Of a stretch of DNA of 64,000 bases, positions 59,196 to 64,000 are shown one piece after another. Origin of the DNA: Candidatus Latescibacterota bacterium (lineage in GTDB: Bacteria > Latescibacterota > UBA2968 > GCA-2709665); the NCBI GenBank assembly GCA_963667175.2, contig CAXXXF010000016.1, forward strand, positions 224,001 to 288,000, written 5' to 3'. The translations under genes were made by a program, and so were the position numbers. The notes beneath the pieces were generated by a model, which did not search any database, had not been told where the DNA came from, and worked only from the letters and a program-made list of their open reading frames with translations. Within the stretch, counting starts at the first letter, position 1. Every line of letters begins with the position of its first letter.

Positions 59196-61688
59196 CTACC
59201 GCGCCCGCCGCGTCAATTCCTCCCGGGCCTGCTGAAACAACGCGATCAGGCGAGCGCGCGTTTTTTCGTCGCGGAAGACGCCGATTTTCTCCGCCCAGGC
59301 GATCCCGCCCTCCAGATGGGTCAACAGATATTCGCCTTCGGCGGGTTCGAACGCGCACCGGTTGCCCGCGTCGACGTAGACCGGTGACGAATGGGCCATC
59401 ACGGGGCCGGCGTCCGTCGCGTACTCGCCCCAACACCGGGCCGCCACCCAGCATGACCTCTCGACTTTCAATTCGTGACTCAAGGTGACGGTCCGGCGGT
59501 CGCCGGATGCATCCTGCCGGGCGGCGCGTTTCCCGTTGACGATCAGCTCCACCGCGGTCAACGGCCACACGCTCTCCGCGGCGGCAACGACCTCCACGGT
59601 TCCTCCGTTGCCCGGCAATGCGATCTCGCCGCCCATCGGCGTTCCCTCCACCTCGAGATCGATCATCGCGCCGGTACTGGCGAACGTCGTCCCGCGTTTG
59701 ACCGCCCTGCACCAGTTCTCGAACGTAAATCCCTCGTCGGGACCCAGCTTCGCGTACGTTCGGGAGCCGCCCAGGATGCGATCGTTCGACATCTTGTCCG
59801 TGCCACCGACGATCGGAAGCTTCTGACCCGTGTTCAGCCAGCGGTAATACCCGCGCTCTCCGGCGCCGATCCGTTCGCCCTGCCAGATCCAGCACAATTC
59901 AGCCGCGTCGGCCTGGCCCAGCACGATATTGGCGGCATTCTCGAAATCCGGCGTGGGCATATGCGGCATGATGACCAGTCCGCCCTGCCGGCGGCAGGCT
60001 TCCGCCCAGTCTGCCATCAGGGCCTGGATCTCCCCGCCGATCCAGTCTTCCTGAGGGCCTCCGGTACACATCGGCGCCACCATTTCCTTCAGTCCCAGCA
60101 GGCTGATGTGTCCGAGCACGTGCTGGCGGTTTTCCTGGCTCACCCATATCTTGTGGTACTCGCTGCTCGTCGGCGCCAGGCCGCCCGTAAACTCCTCCCA
60201 ACTGGTAAACAGCCGGCCCCACTGGCTTGCCAGCAGGTTCACCACGTTCAGGTCCTCGCCGGCCGCCTCCAGATGTGAGGATTGAGACGAAAGAAAGTGC
60301 ACGTGCGTATCGCCCGAATAGAATCCCCGGTCCTTCATATCGAAAGCGCGTTCAATGTCCAGCGAAAGATCCCGCTGGCCGGGTTTCACGTCCGCCAGCG
60401 CCCGCAGGGGAACGTACTCGAATCCGCGAGCCACCTCCACGTAAACAGGGCCCACGGGCAGTTCGACCTGGCAGGTTCCGTCGATGTAGGCGTACGGCGT
60501 GCCACGCACTTTGCAGTCGCCGCCCATATCCTCGAACCAGGCGGTATTCACGTCTGCCCGGTGGCCGTGCGGCGCGAAATAGGCGCCGTGGGAAGACCGG
60601 AAGTGTATCCGGCATCCCACCGGCAGGCCGGATTCCGCGTCGTTCACCCGAACGTGCAGCCACTGCTTGCCGGCCGGGGCAACCAGGGCGACCCGGGTGT
60701 TGCCGTGCTGCACGGTCTTGTTCTCCAGCACGTCGCCCCATCTGAACGATTCGCCGGACTCTCCGCTCCTGATATTCATATCGGATTCCGGCGACCCATG
60801 GATTTCAAGGTATCTTCCCTCCCTTATCTCCCCTCCGCCAGCGCCCCATCCGGTCTCATCCGTTTCCAGATAGTCATCGCCGGGTACGTAAAGCCGGTCC
60901 TGCCGCGCGATCACGCCCCGGTCGAGTTCTACCGTGACCTCGTCGTCGTTCCCGGTCGAAACAGCGATCTCGCTGCGCGGATGCCACGCGAACGGGTCGC
61001 TCTCCTCCTGGCAGAGCGTGATTCCGCCCAGCGCTATCGCGGCATCTCGGGATCCCGAAACCTCAATGCTCTGAATGGTCTGCTCCGGATACGGATTGAC
61101 CCAGTCATAGAGCCACCAGCCCGCCAAGTCGCTGCTCTCAGACCTGACGCCCACCTGCGCCGCGCCGTACGGCAGGTTCCGGTCGTCCAGGGCGACCGGA
61201 AGAAACTCGCGGCAACCCCGACAGAGAAACGGATGATGGCCCCACGGCACGAACAGGTCGTGAATTTCGAACCGCCGCCTCAACACCTGCGCGACACCGA
61301 TTCCGGACTCGTAACCGATCCGGTACCTGCCCACGACCTCGCCGGTCCCTTCGAGACTCGCTTCAACACCAATGACAGGTGTACAGACGTGCGCGAACAG
61401 CACCCTGCGCGCCTTTCGGCCGACGGGAATGGAGGCGGATCCGGCGACCGGTTTGCCGCGCCGGCCCGAAACCACGACAAACGCGGCGCCTCCGGAATGC
61501 TCGCCGCGGTCCGCGAGCGCGAACGGAACGCCCCAGAATCGGCAATTTCCCTCGGGAAGCCGGCAAAGTCCGCTCAATCCGGGTCTCTCGGACGCGGCGG
61601 GCCAGAGCCACCCCGCACCCGTATCCACGTTTTCCGTTCCGGCATTCAGACGGGCGGTCAGGTCCAGCGGCTGAAATACGTCCGACAT
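59196..61688 (-). CDS. CehA/McbA family metallohydrolase domain protein
   Basis: YSGDTHVH, QENRQHVLGH, MPH, GGTDKM, TFASTG, AHSSPVYV; ATG 61688. Confidence 0.82.
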   Translation of the reverse strand: MSDVFQPLDLTARLNAGTENVDTGAGWLWPAASERPGLSGLCRLPEGNCRFWGVPFALADRGEHSGGAAFVVVSGRRGKPVAGSASIPVGRKARRVLFAHVCTPVIGVEASLEGTGEVVGRYRIGYESGIGVAQVLRRRFEIHDLFVPWGHHPFLCRGCREFLPVALDDRNLPYGAAQVGVRSESSDLAGWWLYDWVNPYPEQTIQSIEVSGSRDAAIALGGITLCQEESDPFAWHPRSEIAVSTGNDDEVTVELDRGVIARQDRLYVPGDDYLETDETGWGAGGGEIREGRYLEIHGSPESDMNIRSGESGESFRWGDVLENKTVQHGNTRVALVAPAGKQWLHVRVNDAESGLPVGCRIHFRSSHGAYFAPHGHRADVNTAWFEDMGGDCKVRGTPYAYIDGTCQVELPVGPVYVEVARGFEYVPLRALADVKPGQRDLSLDIERAFDMKDRGFYSGDTHVHFLSSQSSHLEAAGEDLNVVNLLASQWGRLFTSWEEFTGGLAPTSSEYHKIWVSQENRQHVLGHISLLGLKEMVAPMCTGGPQEDWIGGEIQALMADWAEACRRQGGLVIMPHMPTPDFENAANIVLGQADAAELCWIWQGERIGAGERGYYRWLNTGQKLPIVGGTDKMSNDRILGGSRTYAKLGPDEGFTFENWCRAVKRGTTFASTGAMIDLEVEGTPMGGEIALPGNGGTVEVVAAAESVWPLTAVELIVNGKRAARQDASGDRRTVTLSHELKVERSCWVAARCWGEYATDAGPVMAHSSPVYVDAGNRCAFEPAEGEYLLTHLEGGIAWAEKIGVFRDEKTRARLIALFQQAREELTRRAR

Positions 61689-61812
61689 AAGCGATCCGCT
61701 CCATTCCTGTGTTCTGCAGACGCGAAAACCGATTGACGGGCGGCCGCGTTGTCCGTACTCTCGGAGAACCGCCGGAGCGCGATTCCGGCCCATTCCATAG
61801 GGAGCGACGTCA

Positions 61813-62553
61813 ATGATCATCGACAGCCATGTGCATCTCAGACACGGCAACGCCGAGCGTACGGAATACACAGCGCATCAGATTGTCGAATCCATGGACG
61901 GCGCAGGCGTGGACAAATCGGTCGTCTTCGCCATTTGCACCACCGCATTCGACGCCATAGCGCGGGCTCGAACGGCGCACGAACTGTATCCCGACCGCCT
62001 CATCCCGTACGCGTACGCCCTGCCCGATCCCGAACGTCCGATCATCGGAAGCATTGAAGAGGCCGTTACGCGCCTTGGGTTCAAGGGCATCAAGATGCAC
62101 GCCGGCGAATGCACCCTCGCGGAATACGTGTCGGACCCCATCCTGAAACTGGCCGGCGAACACGGTGTGCCATGTCTCATCGATTTCATCGGCCGCGACG
62201 CCGACCTCGAGCGCATGTCCAGGTCCTTTCCCGACACCCCGATCATTGTCGCCCACATGGGTCGTTACCTGTGCACCGACCGGGGACTCATCGACCGGTT
62301 CGTCCGCATCGCCGAAGCAAACGAGAACGTGTATCTGGACGTCAGCGGCGTCGTTTTGATCTGGAAAATCCGCGAGGCCGTGGAACGTCTGGGGCCGGAA
62401 CGCATTATCTGGGGAACCGACGGACCCTACCCCACGCCCGACCTGGCAAGCTATATCCGCACCGACCTCGCAAAGGTCAAGGCTTCCTGTATTAGCGGAC
62501 CGGAACTCTCCGCCATTCTCGCCGGAAACATCTCCCGGCTGCTTGATCTCTGA
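61813..62553 (+). CDS. amidohydrolase_2 family protein
   Basis: IDSHVH, KGIKMH, AHMG, LDVS, WGTDGP. Confidence 0.9.
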   Translation: MIIDSHVHLRHGNAERTEYTAHQIVESMDGAGVDKSVVFAICTTAFDAIARARTAHELYPDRLIPYAYALPDPERPIIGSIEEAVTRLGFKGIKMHAGECTLAEYVSDPILKLAGEHGVPCLIDFIGRDADLERMSRSFPDTPIIVAHMGRYLCTDRGLIDRFVRIAEANENVYLDVSGVVLIWKIREAVERLGPERIIWGTDGPYPTPDLASYIRTDLAKVKASCISGPELSAILAGNISRLLDL

Positions 62554-62731
62554 CTTTGCATGCTAGCTTTGGATATAATATAAATTTCACGACAAGAATA
62601 AGTTATGTAATTTTTCTGTAATCAGACTCGAGCCTCTGACGAGAAAAAGACAGGGCGCCGATACGATCCCCTGCAGGATGCAACTCGCGGTTGCCCGAAC
62701 CCTGCGATCGGTGACTTCGCGACACTTTTTC

Positions 62732-62759
62732 TTGACAAAAATCCGCGTTTGTATATTTT
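62732..62759 (+). promoter_or_regulatory. sigma70 promoter of the asd leader
   Basis: TTGACA-16-TATTTT about 10 bp before the riboswitch. Confidence 0.55.
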
Positions 62760-62768
62760 TCCTCCGCT

Positions 62769-62952
62769 GCAAGGGTAGAGGCGCGGGTTTGCATCAGTAA
62801 CCGGCGGTGGACGGCGGACCCACAGCTGCCGGACGAAAGGGTGAACCTGCCGAAGCCCGGAACTCCCTCCGCCGGGATTGACGGGCTGGGCCGCTGGATA
62901 AAATCCAGCTGGACTGTCACGGGAAACAAGGCCCCGTGGAGCGCTCTCTTGC
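62769..62952 (+). ncRNA. lysine riboswitch (L-box)
   Basis: Ordered signature blocks GGTAGAGGCGC, AGTA, GAAAGG, GCCGAA, TGGG, GACTGTC, GGAGCGCT; P1 GCAAGGG/CTCTTGC; upstream of asd. Confidence 0.92.
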
Positions 62953-62973
62953 GATGTCGCGCATTCCGGTCGT

Positions 62974-63014
62974 AGCCGGCGATGTCTCTACCCTTGGACA
63001 TGCCGGCTGTTTTT
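62974..63014 (+). terminator. riboswitch expression-platform terminator
   Basis: AGCCGGC-G-ATGTC...GACAT-GCCGGCT-GTTTTT. Confidence 0.8.
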
Positions 63015-63120
63015 GTGCCACCGATCCACGCAACCCGGTCAGCCGGGAACCACGGACCCTGACAGTTGTCGAGTGATCCGCAAGCCGCAGTCAACCCTTA
63101 CTTTACAGAAGGAACGGAAA

Positions 63121-64000
63121 ATGAACAGGATCAAAGCAGGTGTTCTTGGCGCGACCGGCATGGTCGGTCAGCGCTTCGTCTCACTCCTGGAAGACCATCC
63201 CTGGTTCGAGATCTCGGTGGTGGCGGCCAGCCCGCGGTCGGCGGGCAAGACGTATCGCGAGGCCGTCGCGGGCCGATGGACGCTCTCTTCCGACGTTCCC
63301 TCGAAGATTGCCGATCTGACGGTCAGGAACGTGAACGAGGTCGAAGCCATCGCCGATCAGGTCGCCTTTGTCTTCTCGGCGCTGGATATGGAAAAAGAGG
63401 ACATCCGCGACCTCGAGGACGCCTATGCCCGGCAGGAGACGCCTGTGGCGTCCAACAATTCCGCCCATCGGTGGACGCCGGACGTCCCCATGCTCATGCC
63501 CGAAATCAACGCGGGACACGTCGCCGTCATCGAGGCGCAACGCAAGCGTCTTGGCACCCGCTCAGGCTTTGTCGCCGTCAAGCCGAACTGCTCGATACAA
63601 CCCTATGTCCCGGCCTTCGAGGCATTGGCGGACTTCGGACCCCGAAGCGCTTCCGTGTGCACCTACCAAGCCATTTCCGGCGCCGGGAAGACCTTTGCGT
63701 CGTGGCCCGAAATGGAGGACAACATCATCCCCTTCATTGGAGGGGAAGAGGAAAAGAGCGCCATGGAACCGCTGAAAATCTGGGGCGAGATTCACAACGG
63801 CGAAATCCGAAACGCAAGCGCCCCGGTCATTTCCGCACAGTGCATTCGGGTGCCCGTCAGCGACGGACACATGGCCGCCACGTCGGTGTCGTTCGAAGAG
63901 AAGCCTTCCCGGGAACAGGTGATCGAGTCCTGGCGAACTTTCCAGGGGGATCCGAAGGCTGCCAACCTGCCTTCTTCGCCCAGACCGTTCCTGACGTATT
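63121..64000 (+). CDS. asd: aspartate-semialdehyde dehydrogenase (runs off the window)
   Basis: MNRIKAGVLGATGMVGQRF...HPWF, SNNSAHR, PEIN, KPNCS, YQAISGAG, CIRVPVSDGH; RBS GAAGGA. Confidence 0.95.
   Translation, partial: MNRIKAGVLGATGMVGQRFVSLLEDHPWFEISVVAASPRSAGKTYREAVAGRWTLSSDVPSKIADLTVRNVNEVEAIADQVAFVFSALDMEKEDIRDLEDAYARQETPVASNNSAHRWTPDVPMLMPEINAGHVAVIEAQRKRLGTRSGFVAVKPNCSIQPYVPAFEALADFGPRSASVCTYQAISGAGKTFASWPEMEDNIIPFIGGEEEKSAMEPLKIWGEIHNGEIRNASAPVISAQCIRVPVSDGHMAATSVSFEEKPSREQVIESWRTFQGDPKAANLPSSPRPFLTY

Overview
A GC-rich bacterial chromosomal segment. The gene style (many enolase-family, TIM-barrel isomerase, Gfo/Idh/MocA, amidohydrolase and PhyH paralogues, plus a protein with a C-terminal dockerin-like EF-hand pair) suggests a Latescibacterota/Gemmatimonadota-like organism; this is inference only. 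Core genes are pap (PPK2), lysC, hprK, map, clpB, tamA/tamB and the 5' part of asd, which has a clear lysine riboswitch and terminator in its leader. At 21.5-32.3 kb is a metal-uptake region with two Feo systems (one with a naturally split FeoB) and three different DtxR/MntR regulators. A more AT-rich accessory stretch at about 37.9-43.1 kb carries a solo nucleotidyltransferase, an ECF sigma/anti-sigma/mini-secretin operon, and an Rpn nuclease gene. The Rpn gene has an internal Shine-Dalgarno plus ATG (candidate intragenic antitoxin) and is bracketed by two ~285-bp REP-containing direct repeats. The most unusual non-coding signal is a nested family of miniature elements. Two copies of one MITE (4256-4579 and 28778-28984) act as empty-site controls for each other. 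They reveal a nested ~160-bp MITE in one copy, and 17-bp and 26-bp CTGCCTG...CAG palindromes, each inserted with a GC duplication, in the other. Two adjacent genes at 25.9-27.9 kb carry single-G indels, probably sequence errors. I saw no rRNA, tRNA, CRISPR array or intact IS transposase. All coordinates were read by eye and no database searches were run.
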